In this document: positions 21,642-30,778 of the stretch, one piece after another
Position numbering within the stretch: the first letter of the stretch is position 1
Layout of the letters: every line of letters begins with the position of its first letter
NCBI GenBank assembly: GCA_963810095.1
Contig: CAWEMM010000006.1
Span: forward strand, 768,001 to 832,000
From: an uncultured Chloroflexia bacterium
Lineage (GTDB): Bacteria > Chloroflexota > Anaerolineae > CG2-30-64-16
Length of the DNA stretch: 64,000 nt
Direction of reading: 5' to 3'
Notes under the pieces: generated by a model
Told to the model about the DNA's origin: nothing
What the model saw: the letters and a program-made list of their open reading frames with translations, nothing else
Database searches by the model: none
Made by a program: the position numbers and the translations under genes

Positions 21642-22405
21642 CGGGCCTCCCCCACGGCGTGCTTGAAACCTTCGACGTCTGCCAGACCTCGCAGGTTTTC
21701 GTCCACGATCTTCCCGTCCGCGATGCGGATTCGCCGGTTTGCCCGGGCCGCCAGGTCGCGGTCATGCGTCACCAGCAACACCGTCTTGCCCTCGTCCACC
21801 AGGCTCGTGAACAACTCGAACATTTCTGCGGTGGTCTTCGAATCGAGATTGCCCGTCGGCTCGTCGGCCACGAGCAGGGCCGGGTCGTTGGCCAGGGCCC
21901 GCGCGATGGCCACGCGCTGGCGCTGGCCACCCGACACGGCCGACGGCAGCTTGTCCGCGTGTTCCACGATGCCCACCCGATCGAGCAGGTGCAGCGCACG
22001 CTCGCGGCGCTGGCGCGGGCCGCCGAACAAACCCGCGAAGTCCATCGGCATCATGACGTTTTGCGCGCATGACAGCATCGGCAGCAGCTGGAAGAACTGG
22101 AATACCACGCCCACCGTCCGCCCGCGCCACGCGGTGACCTGGTCCTCATTCATCGCCTGGACGGCCTTATCGCCCACCCAGATCTCGCCGGCGGTCGGCC
22201 GGTCGATGCCGGTAATCATGTTTACCAGGGTCGATTTGCCCGCGCCGGATTTGCCCACGATCGCCAGGAATTCGCCCGCTCCGACGTTCAGCTCGACGCC
22301 CTTAAGCGCGTAGAAATCGCCGGCCGGAGTCCGGTAGGCCTTCCGCAGATCTTTCACCCGGATCAGCGGCGACGTCAGCGCACCCTTCACAATCGTGTCA
22401 TTCAT
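21638..22405 (-). CDS. ABC transporter ATP-binding protein (MacB/LolD type)
   Basis: [27 protein letters not shown]. Confidence 0.93.
   Translation of the reverse strand: MNDTIVKGALTSPLIRVKDLRKAYRTPAGDFYALKGVELNVGAGEFLAIVGKSGAGKSTLVNMITGIDRPTAGEIWVGDKAVQAMNEDQVTAWRGRTVGVVFQFFQLLPMLSCAQNVMMPMDFAGLFGGPRQRRERALHLLDRVGIVEHADKLPSAVSGGQRQRVAIARALANDPALLVADEPTGNLDSKTTAEMFELFTSLVDEGKTVLLVTHDRDLAARANRRIRIADGKIVDENLRGLADVEGFKHAVGEAR
21665..21699. repeat. AGACC-C--AGGTT family repeat, copy 4, inside the 3' end of an ABC ATPase gene
   Basis: GAAACCTTCGACGTCT-GCC-AGACCTCGCAGGTTTT. Confidence 0.6.
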
Positions 22406-24795
22406 ATGCCAATACTTCCCGCACCGTCAGGCGCACGGCATTGCGGGCGGGCGCCAGGCTCGCCACTGCTGCAATCGCCAGCAAGACGACGAACCAGACG
22501 AACGCGCCCAGGATCGAGTAGTGGTACTGGAGCGGGATCTTGATCAGGGCCAGGCCCAACTGGGCGCTGAAGAGCGGCGCGAGGCCCAGCGAGATCAGCG
22601 CGCCAATCAGCCAACTGATGACGGCCATCGCGATGCCCTCGGCCAGCACGATCTGCCGCACCGAGGCGTTGGACGCGCCGATCGCCCGCAGCACGCCTAC
22701 CTCACGCACGCGCTCCATCATGTTGATGCTCATGGTCGTCGTCAGGCCCAGCCCGCCGACGGCCGCCAGCAGCAGCGCCATCAGGATCAGAAATGCGACC
22801 ACGATCGTGAACAGCAGGTTATTCTGCGTCTGCGTCACGGCCGCAGTCTGCGTGTCATTCACCTTCAGGCCGCGGCTGTCGAAGTACGAGCGGAGGCGAA
22901 CCGCCATCTCGTGCTGGCTCAGCCGAGACGCCGGGCGCCATGCTCACCTGCACCCGATTGCCCTGGCCCGCAGCGCGGGTCGCATACGCGTAGTCGTCAC
23001 GGGTCACGTAGACCGCGGGCCCGCGCGACTCCGTGCTCACGATCCCGGCAATGTGCCAGGTGGCCTTGCGGTCGTTGATGTCGAGCACCACGTCGCCGCC
23101 GACCCGCAGGTCTTTCTGGTCGTCGGCCAGGTCCGAGTTGATGACGACCGAGTTGGGCGTGCCCGCAGCCGCGGACAACCACTGCCCCGAAATCACCTCG
23201 GGCTCCATCATGCGGGTGTCGGGCGGCACGGCAACCACCCGGAAGGGATTGCTCTTCGTGTCGTCCGCACGAACGCGGGTTGCGCCGCCCATCGACCACA
23301 CTTCCACGGTCCCGACATCGGGCACCTCGCGGGCCGCACTTTCGAGGCGGGTAACGAGGTCGGGGTGTTCCATTTCCACGGAAACGTCGTAGCGGTGGAA
23401 GCGCATGAACGAGTCGAGCGTCGCATTCACCGACGCGCGCACGCTGATCACGGAGATGAACAGGGCCGTGCCGAACACGAGCACGATCAGCGTCTGCACG
23501 AGGCGGCCCTTGTGGCGCAGCGTGTTCCGGGTGGCCAGAAGCACCGGCCGCTGAATCCGCCACACCCGCTGGACACGGTCGAGCACCCGCTCGACGATGC
23601 TGCGCCCGTACGCCTCGCCGCCGATGCCGACGTCGTTCAATGCCTGGTGCGTGGTAATGCGGGTGCCGCGCAGCACGGGTGCCAGGCCCGCCACCAGCGG
23701 CAGCAGCAGCCCGATCGCGGCCTGTGCGGCCAGCAGCGGCAGGGGGATCGCGTAGTTCAGGACGCGCACGTTAAGTAACGGCTCGACCAACTGGCTCATC
23801 AACAGGCGGGCGGTCAACGCCGCGAGCGGCAGCGAGATCACGACCGCCAGGAGACCGTAAATCAGCACGGTCGCGAGGTAGAGCACCATGATCTGGCCCC
23901 GCCGCGCGCCGATCAGCTTCATCACGCCGATCTGGGGCACCTGCTGCGTGATCAGGGCCGACATGGCGTTGACGACGAGAAAACTCGACAGCAGCAGAAT
24001 GACCAGGCCAAACGCAGTGAGGATCAGCACGACGCTGCCGATAAAGGGGTCGGCCCGGCTCTCGGTGATCACTTCGCGGCTGTAGACCTCTCGCCCAGAA
24101 TCCTTGAGCTGCGCCTCCACCTGGTCGAGCGCCGCGCCGATGTGCGCCTTGTCGTGGCTGGGCTCCGTGGCCCGGATAAGCATCTCCGTGTGTGTCGCCG
24201 GGTAGCCGAGGCCCTGGAGGGTTTCCGGCGTGACGTACAGCGTCGCCGCGCCGGCGAGGGTGGGGCTGAAGCGCTGGCCGTCATGCACGGCGCCGACGAG
24301 GCGGAGCGTGCGGGTGGCGTCGTTGTTCAGCTCGACCGTGAGCTCGTCGCCGAGCCTCGCTTGCAGGCTGGCGAACGACGCGCCCTCGACCAGGGTCTCA
24401 CGGCGCTGCGGCGGGTATGCGCCGCTCAGTGGGACAAATGCGTCGACGGTCAGCTTCTCAAAATCGGGGATCGCGACGATTTCGACTTCTTGCGGGGTCC
24501 CGTCTGGGCGCAGAACGCGCCCGGAAACCGTGGAGCGGGCCTCGGCGCCCGCAACCAGGGGCAGCCGCGCGATGCTGTCCGCCAGGTCCTTTTCAAACGG
24601 GGCGGTGTGGACGACGGCAGACGCCATGAGCGCGCCGACCTGGTCCTGGCGGTACTCGCGCACCAGGATCTCTCGGGTGTTCAGCACCACGCCCACCGCG
24701 TACACGCCCACTGCAATCGCCAGCGCTACAACCAGCGTCCGCCCACGGTGTTCCCAAAGATCAAGCAGGACTTTCGTCCATGGTGTCGTCAGCAC
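22398..24795 (-). CDS. FtsX/MacB-type ABC permease, two-repeat (apparent frameshift ~22915)
   Basis: [55 protein letters not shown]. Confidence 0.9.
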
Positions 24796-24857
24796 GATAC
24801 GAAGCTAGCCGGTAACATGAAACGCGAAATAAGCGACGCCAAGGCGCCGCACGATGT

Positions 24858-24911
24858 ACTATAGGCCCGAGAGTGTCATGCGCGGAAGTGACACCTGTCA
24901 TGCCTGTGTCA
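24858..24911 (-). promoter_or_regulatory. ABC operon promoter with TGACA-N2-TGTCA palindrome and extra TGTCA half-sites
   Basis: TGACA-CC-TGTCA 24889-24900; TGTCA at 24874 and 24907; minus-strand -10 TATAGT 24863-24858. Confidence 0.5.
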
Positions 24912-25067
24912 GGCGGGGGTGCTGGCACCGCAAGATGCGCGGCCGGCAATTGGATACCCGTGCGGCCACTCGAGCGCAGTTTTGCGGCGAGCAGCCCGGG
25001 GCGGGACAGGCCCGGTGCCGCCCCGGGCGTTTACGCCGCCACATGCCCGCCGTGCTATACTCCCCCC

Positions 25068-26375
25068 ATGCAGACCACCGCGCCCGAGCCCGGCTTCGTC
25101 CCGGCTTACCGGTTCTTTGTCGTGATCCGCATCCTGTTCTGGATGGCGGTGGGCCCGGTGCTGCTCCTGCTCCAGCTTGCCGGCGACCCGACGCTGACGG
25201 CCGACCCGGTCCAGGGCGAACGGCTGATCCGGGCGCTCTCGCTGCCGAACGTATTGCCGCTCGTCGCCCTCGACTTCATCCTGCTCGCCCTCCTGATTTG
25301 GCCAAAGGCGCAGGAACTGGGGCGCTGGTTCGTCCCGCTCACGCTGGCACTCGGCCTCATCCCCCTGCTCGTCGGCTACTACCTCTGGCCGGCTATCAAC
25401 CCGCTGCAGTCGCCGTTCGTGATGTTCTTCTTCGTCACCGCCGTGCTGGTGGCGTGGGAGTACAAATACCGCTACCTGTACGTGTACGTATTTGCCATCA
25501 CGCTGTACCAGACCCTCGTTTCGCCGTGGTACGGCAATGTGCCGTGGACGGTGCCGGGGGGCTTCCTCGTGCTGCAAGCGGTGATGATGCTGCTCGTCGG
25601 GTCAGTCGTCGCCACGATGGTCACGGTGCAGGCCGCCCAGCGGGCCGAGCTCGCCGACGCGTACTGGCGCCAGGCCGCCGACAACGAACGGCTGCAGCAG
25701 TACGCGGCAACCCTTGAAGAGCTGTCGATCACCCGTGAGCGCAACCGCCTCTCCCGCGAACTGCACGACACGCTGGCCCATTCTCTGAGCGCCGTGACCG
25801 TCCAAATCGAAGCAGTGCGCTCGCTGTGGGATAAGCAGCCGCAAAAAGCGCACGACATGCTGGAGAAGGCGGATGCGACCGCCCGTACCGGCCTGGCCGA
25901 AGCCCGCCGCGCGCTCCAGGCGCTGCGCGCGTCGCCGCTGGAAGACCTCGGCCTCGCCTTGGCGCTCCAGGAGCTCGCCCAGAGCGCGGCCGACCGCAGC
26001 GGGGCCCGCCTCGAGCTGCGCGTGCCCGACGCCTTGCAAGGCTGCTATCCGAACAGCGTCGAACAGAGCGTCTACCGTATCGCTCAGGAAACCCTCGAAA
26101 ACGCGGTGCGCCACGCGGCCGCGTCGACGATCGGGGTGGAACTGCGCGAGGCGGAGAACGAACTAACCCTTTGCGTGCAGGATGACGGCGAGGGGATGGA
26201 CGCCGGCTCGCTGGACGAGGCGTCGGAGGGTGGGCTGGGCATACGCGGGATGCAGGAGCGGGCGGCCCTCATTGGCGGCAGGCTGGAGATCGACAGCGCG
26301 GCGGGTTCGGGCACGCGGGTCACCCTGGCCGTGCCGGTAGAAAGAACAACGGATGATCCGTGTCTTGATTTGTGA
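25068..26375 (+). CDS. Membrane sensor histidine kinase (HisKA_3 type), probably leaderless
   Basis: ERNRLSRELHDTLAHSLS, QETLENAVRHA, DDGEG, GLGIRGMQERA; TGCTATACT ends 6 nt before the ATG. Confidence 0.9.
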   Translation: MQTTAPEPGFVPAYRFFVVIRILFWMAVGPVLLLLQLAGDPTLTADPVQGERLIRALSLPNVLPLVALDFILLALLIWPKAQELGRWFVPLTLALGLIPLLVGYYLWPAINPLQSPFVMFFFVTAVLVAWEYKYRYLYVYVFAITLYQTLVSPWYGNVPWTVPGGFLVLQAVMMLLVGSVVATMVTVQAAQRAELADAYWRQAADNERLQQYAATLEELSITRERNRLSRELHDTLAHSLSAVTVQIEAVRSLWDKQPQKAHDMLEKADATARTGLAEARRALQALRASPLEDLGLALALQELAQSAADRSGARLELRVPDALQGCYPNSVEQSVYRIAQETLENAVRHAAASTIGVELREAENELTLCVQDDGEGMDAGSLDEASEGGLGIRGMQERAALIGGRLEIDSAAGSGTRVTLAVPVERTTDDPCLDL

Positions 26376-27009
26376 CGATCAGACCGTCGTACGCGACGGC
26401 CTGGAAGCGATCCTGAGCACCGACGACGAGATCGAAGTCGTCGGGGTGGCGCGGCACGGCCAGGAAGCGCTCGACCTCGCGGCCCAGCGGCAGCCCGACG
26501 TGGTGCTGATGGACCTCAAGATGCCCGTGCTGAACGGGGTGCAGGCAACCGAGCGACTGCGCAAAAATTGGCCGGGGGTCCGGGTGCTTGTGCTGACCAC
26601 CTACGCGGATGATGCTTGGGTGCTCGACGCCGTGCGAGCGGGGGCCTCGGGCTACCTGCTGAAGGACACCCGCCGAGAGGATTTGCTGGTTGCCATCAAA
26701 GGGACGGCGGCAGGCAAGACGTACCTCGACCCGTCCGTGGCCGGGAAGGTCGTGCGCCAGGTGGCTGCGCCGCCCGAGCCGCCAGGGCAGCTGGGCGAGC
26801 CGCTGACGGAGCGGGAGCTTAGCATCTTAGGGCTGATCTGCCGGGGCTACAGCAACCCTGAGATCGCCCAACAGCTCCACCTGGCCGCCGGCACTGTCCG
26901 CAACTACGTGAGCAGCATCCTGCAGAAGCTGGAGGTCGAAGATCGGACGCAGGCCGCCGCCGTCGCCTACCAGCGCGGCCTCATCGACCCTCCTGGAAAA
27001 CGACCCTAA
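26353..27009 (+). CDS. NarL/LuxR family response regulator
   Basis: CDDQ, DVVLMDLKMP, LTERELSIL..GYSNPEIAQQL HTH. Confidence 0.95.
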   Translation: MIRVLICDDQTVVRDGLEAILSTDDEIEVVGVARHGQEALDLAAQRQPDVVLMDLKMPVLNGVQATERLRKNWPGVRVLVLTTYADDAWVLDAVRAGASGYLLKDTRREDLLVAIKGTAAGKTYLDPSVAGKVVRQVAAPPEPPGQLGEPLTERELSILGLICRGYSNPEIAQQLHLAAGTVRNYVSSILQKLEVEDRTQAAAVAYQRGLIDPPGKRP

Positions 27010-27082
27010 CCCCAAACCCACCGGGGCGCGCAGGCCGGCAGAGCGTCATCAGCGGAGCGTCGTGTCAAGGTGGCGCTATACT

Positions 27083-27104
27083 TGCGAGCTAAAGCTCGCA
27101 CTAC
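27083..27104 (-). repeat. REP-like GTAG-hairpin
   Basis: Minus strand GTAG-TGCGAGCT-TT-AGCTCGCA. Confidence 0.5.
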
Positions 27105-27164
27105 ATGCACATCCGCCGGTTGGGATTAGACCTTCACCCCGCGCGGCTGGACAACGAGGGATGA

Positions 27165-27260
27165 AACAGGACACTGATTGAACGGATTTGACTGATTATC
27201 ACGATCTTGTTAGCGAAAGACAATGCGGATCAGTTCAATCAGTTAAGTCAGCGTCCTATT
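27165..27260. repeat. 9-nt periodic palindromic element (CTGAT family), copy 2
   Basis: Shares CTGATTGAAC and ATCAGTTCAATCAG..GCGT.CTATT with 11025-11117. Confidence 0.75.
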
Positions 27261-27270
27261 TCAGATCAGG

Positions 27271-29071
27271 TTAGGGCAGCACCCCTTCCCGATACACCTG
27301 CAGCGCCTGGCGCAGGAAGCCTTCATCCAGCGTGCCCATGGGCGTCGGGGTCTCGAGGATGCGGCGAGGGATGCGGACACCCGCGAGGTCAAAACCGCAC
27401 GCGCGCTTGAAGTCGTGCTTCAGCCGCAAGGTTTCCTGGCCGATGCGCGCCAGGTCCTCGGCCGACGCTTCCACGCCCGACACCTCGAGCGCGGCGCTGG
27501 ACCAGCTCGGGGGTGTACAGGTTGCGGGCGAACAGGCAGATGACCAGGCTGTTCAGCACCTGGCGCCAGCGCTCCTCAGTCACCAGCTCCCGGCCAATAT
27601 TGTCGGGCGTCAGGCTGCCGTTTGCGCCCGCCACTCGGGCGGAGGCCGCCTTCTGGTCGAGCGCATAGCCCGCGTTGTCGAGGTGGCTGTGGCGCGCGCC
27701 GGCCAGGTAGCCAACGTAGCAGGCGGGGCCGGTGTGGTAGCCTGCCATCTCGTTGCCGCCCATCGCCAGCGCATAGTCGGCGCCCCCGTAGTGCTGGCTC
27801 GCATACTCCGCGCCCCTCGCGAGGGCCGCATAGAAGTCGTTCGGCTGGCTGACGATCCGCTCCGCCGCCTTCACAAATGTCGTGTAGTCGCCCCAACCCA
27901 GCGCCAGGCCGTCCGTCTCCCGCGTGCTGATCGCGCCCCGCTCCAGCGCTTCGGTCGCCCAGGCCAGCGAGCAGCCCATGCTCATCACGTCCAGGCCGAG
28001 CGCGTCGGCCGTGTCGAGCAGGCGGAACATCTCGCGGGTGTCGTGGCTGCCATCCTTGCCCCCCAGCATCGACCCCACTGCAAAGACCGGCTCGTGGTCG
28101 TAGGCGATCATGTTGGTTTTGTAGAAGTACGGCTCGTCTGGGTAGGGGAAGCGCACCGCGGCCAGGTGGATGCAGGCCACCGGGCAGTGCGTGCAGGCAA
28201 GGCGGCGGCCCAGGTACTCTTCTGCCAGCCGCTCGGCCGAGATGGCGGCCGCGGCCTCGTAATGACCGGACTGGAGGTTGCGGGTGGGCAGCCCGCCCAT
28301 CGCATCCAGCGGCAAGACGTTGACCGCCGTGCCGAGTTCGTGGTACTTCTTGAACAGGGCGCTCTCCGTGGTCGCCTTGTAGATCTCGTCGTAGGTCTTG
28401 CGATACAGCCGCGGGTCCGATACGGGCAGCGAGCGGACGCCCGAAACCACGATGCCCTTAAGCCGCTTACTGCCGAAAACTGCCCCCAGCCCCAGCCGGC
28501 CAAAGTGCCGGTAAGTCTCGGTGATCACCGAAGCGTAGCTGACACACTTCTCGCCAGCGGGTCCGATGCGCATGATGGTACGCATCCCCGCGCCCGCCTC
28601 GCGCTCGCGTATAATCGATCCCGCAGCGTACGCGCTGTGCATGCCCCACAGGGCCCGGGCATCCCTGAAATGCACCTTGTCGCCTTCGATGACGAGGTAG
28701 ACGGGCGACGAGCTGGCGCCGCGGACCACGATGGCGCCGTAACCGGCCATGCGAATCGCCACCGCGCTGCGGCCGCCCGCGTGGCTTTCCCCGAGGTTTC
28801 CCGTGTGCGGCGACTTGAACATCGCGATGGTTTTGCTCGCCATGGGGAACAAGCCCGACAGCGGACCCACGGCCAGGATAATCGGGTTCTCGGGCCCTAG
28901 GGGGTCTGCCCCGTCTGGGCACTCTTCTTGCAGCAGCCGGCTAGCTACCCCCACCCCGCCCAGGGCGCCGCCTGCGGCCGGGTCAAACAGGTCGGGCCGG
29001 CGCACAACGCTGGCGCGGCGCTTAGTCAGGTCGATGATCAAGACCCGGTCGAGCGAATCACTGGCCAACAT
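27271..29071 (-). CDS. Aldehyde:ferredoxin oxidoreductase family (W/Mo) enzyme (apparent frameshift ~27495)
   Basis: KSPHTGNLGESHAGG, IGPAGE, GRLGLGAVFGSKRLK, CTHCPVAC, DALGLD. Confidence 0.9.
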
Positions 29072-29495
29072 AAACCACCTCTTCCTTCTGCGGTGCCAGT
29101 TCCTTCAATTCCAGCACCCCGTAGGGGCAGTAGTCGACGCAGTAGCCGCAGCCGGTGCAAATCGCCGGCTTCTCGTGGCTGCTGTCCCAGATCGGTGCCC
29201 CAAACGGGCACGCGCCCACGCAGTTGTGGCAGCCGATGCACAGCTCCGTGTGCAGCCGGACCCCGCCTTCGGGACGCACTTCCAGCGCGTCCACGGGACA
29301 CACCCGGGCGCACGACGGATCTGCGCACGCCCGGCACGCAATGACGACGAAGCCCTTGCGGATGCCGCCCGCGGAGCGGACCCAAATCCCGGTGCCCAGC
29401 ACGCCACCCACGCCCGGCCGCCGCGCGCAGGCGAACATGCACAGCTGGCACCCCACACACCGGTCCGCATCGTTAACATACAAACGTTTGGGCAT
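29058..29495 (-). CDS. 4Fe-4S dicluster electron-transfer subunit
   Basis: CVGCQLCMFAC, CRACADPSCARVCP, CIGCHNCVGACP, CTGCGYCVDYCP. Confidence 0.92.
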   Translation of the reverse strand: MPKRLYVNDADRCVGCQLCMFACARRPGVGGVLGTGIWVRSAGGIRKGFVVIACRACADPSCARVCPVDALEVRPEGGVRLHTELCIGCHNCVGACPFGAPIWDSSHEKPAICTGCGYCVDYCPYGVLELKELAPQKEEVVYVGQ

Positions 29496-29541
29496 TTTCG
29501 AACCCCTTCCCGCGCACCTGGCTATCCTTCGTTTGCATATT

Positions 29542-29599
29542 AAGTGAAATCCTTCACGTAGTCTATGATGCAGATCAGACTTCGTGTCTTTTTACACGA
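29542..29599. promoter_or_regulatory. Two Rex-like operators (GTG-N8-CAC) upstream of the AOR operon
   Basis: AAGTGAAATCCTTCACGT 29542-29559; TCGTGTCTTTTTACACGA 29582-29599. Confidence 0.5.
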
Positions 29600-29612
29600 T
29601 TGGAAGCTAAAG

Positions 29613-29647
29613 AAAGAGCCTGGCAGACTGCTCCGCCAGGCTCTTTT
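29613..29647. terminator. Terminator after CBS gene
   Basis: AAAGAGCCTGGC / GCCAGGCTCTTT. Confidence 0.7.
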
Positions 29648-29663
29648 CCGGTGACAGCGGGCG

Positions 29664-30062
29664 CTAGAGCGCGGCCCAGCCCATCTCTTCGATGGCGGCG
29701 AAGATGTCGTTCGCCGAAATCATGCCCACGATCATGCCCCGCTCGTCTGACACGGGCAAGTGATGCACGCCCTTCTCTTTCATGAGGAGCGAGCAATCCT
29801 TGAGCGACATGTCGGGCTGGGCGCAGATGACCGGCGCGGTCATGATCTCGCTGACCAGCGTGGTTTTCGGGTCGCGTTCCACGCCCGCGATCTTGTCTCG
29901 AATGTCGGTTGCGGTCACGATGCCGAAGTCGCTGCCGGAAAGAGCGACCATGAGGCTGTGGATGTTGCGGCGGCGCATCAACGTGAGCGCCTGCGCGACG
30001 GTCGAATCGGCGTCGATGAAGATCACCGGACTGCTCATCCATTCGCGTACGATCTGGCCCAT
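29664..30062 (-). CDS. CBS domain pair protein
   Basis: VREWMSSPV, GIVTATDI, VSEIMTAPV, VHHLPV. Confidence 0.9.
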   Translation of the reverse strand: MGQIVREWMSSPVIFIDADSTVAQALTLMRRRNIHSLMVALSGSDFGIVTATDIRDKIAGVERDPKTTLVSEIMTAPVICAQPDMSLKDCSLLMKEKGVHHLPVSDERGMIVGMISANDIFAAIEEMGWAAL

Positions 30063-30206
30063 CTCATCCTCCGCTAAACCGCATTGTGAAACTAGTCATT
30101 AGCCCTGAGACTATCATATTCGCCCACGAAAAGCAACGCCCACCCCTCTAATCGGACCAAGGGCGGCGGCACTTCTTCATTGCGCCCCAACTCCCCTGGC
30201 CCCGCG

Positions 30207-30608
30207 CTAACGGAACACGGGCTCCCGCACCTCGGCCGGCCAGATGCGGACAAGATAATGCGGGTAACCCGGCGGCTCCAGCGCGTAACACGGATGCCGC
30301 CAGGCCTCGGCAAACAGCGCGATGTGCTTGTCGTCGCCGGGCTGGCTGATGAGCGTGTCCGCCCGGGTCAAGTTTGTCGTGACCAGGACGATCTCACCAT
30401 CGCTCAGGCGGAAGCGACTCATCACGTGACCCTCCTCCGTCAGCGCGCGGAACTCGTTCTTGCGCCGCTCGCGCGCCGGCAGATCGCCCCAATCGCCGCT
30501 GACATGCCGGCCAAGCAGGGACTGGGGCGTGACCTCGTTGAACTCCATCGCACGCAACGCATCCGCAGTAGCAAGGACGTCGCCCGGGTGGAATAGAATC
30601 TTTGGCAT
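30207..30608 (-). CDS. Hypothetical protein of the RHxxGDWG family often found on plasmids/ICEs
   Basis: LF.PGDVLATADAL...LLGRHVSGDWGDL..RKNE..L..G.VMSRF. Confidence 0.6.
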   Translation of the reverse strand: MPKILFHPGDVLATADALRAMEFNEVTPQSLLGRHVSGDWGDLPARERRKNEFRALTEEGHVMSRFRLSDGEIVLVTTNLTRADTLISQPGDDKHIALFAEAWRHPCYALEPPGYPHYLVRIWPAEVREPVFR

Positions 30609-30702
30609 CGACTCCCTTTTCCCGTGTGCGCACCTGCGCACTGATTAAAATATGCGCCGTCAAGGGGCGCAAAGAACTTTATTATACAGGAGGTTGTCAA
30701 GA

Positions 30703-30754
30703 GTAGGGGCGGGGCATTGAACGCGGATGGTCCACGTCCAACGCCTCGCCCCTA
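30703..30754. repeat. REP-like GTAGGGGCG inverted repeat
   Basis: GTAGGGGCGGGGC ... GCCTCGCCCCTA. Confidence 0.5.
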
Positions 30755-30778
30755 AAAACCGGCCTTGCGCCGCGGTAG

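Noticed and set aside
27332-28900. Long antisense ORFs (also 2351-3730, 40197-41612, 46129-47760 and others)
   Set aside because: Shadow frames of real genes caused by high GC; no motifs.
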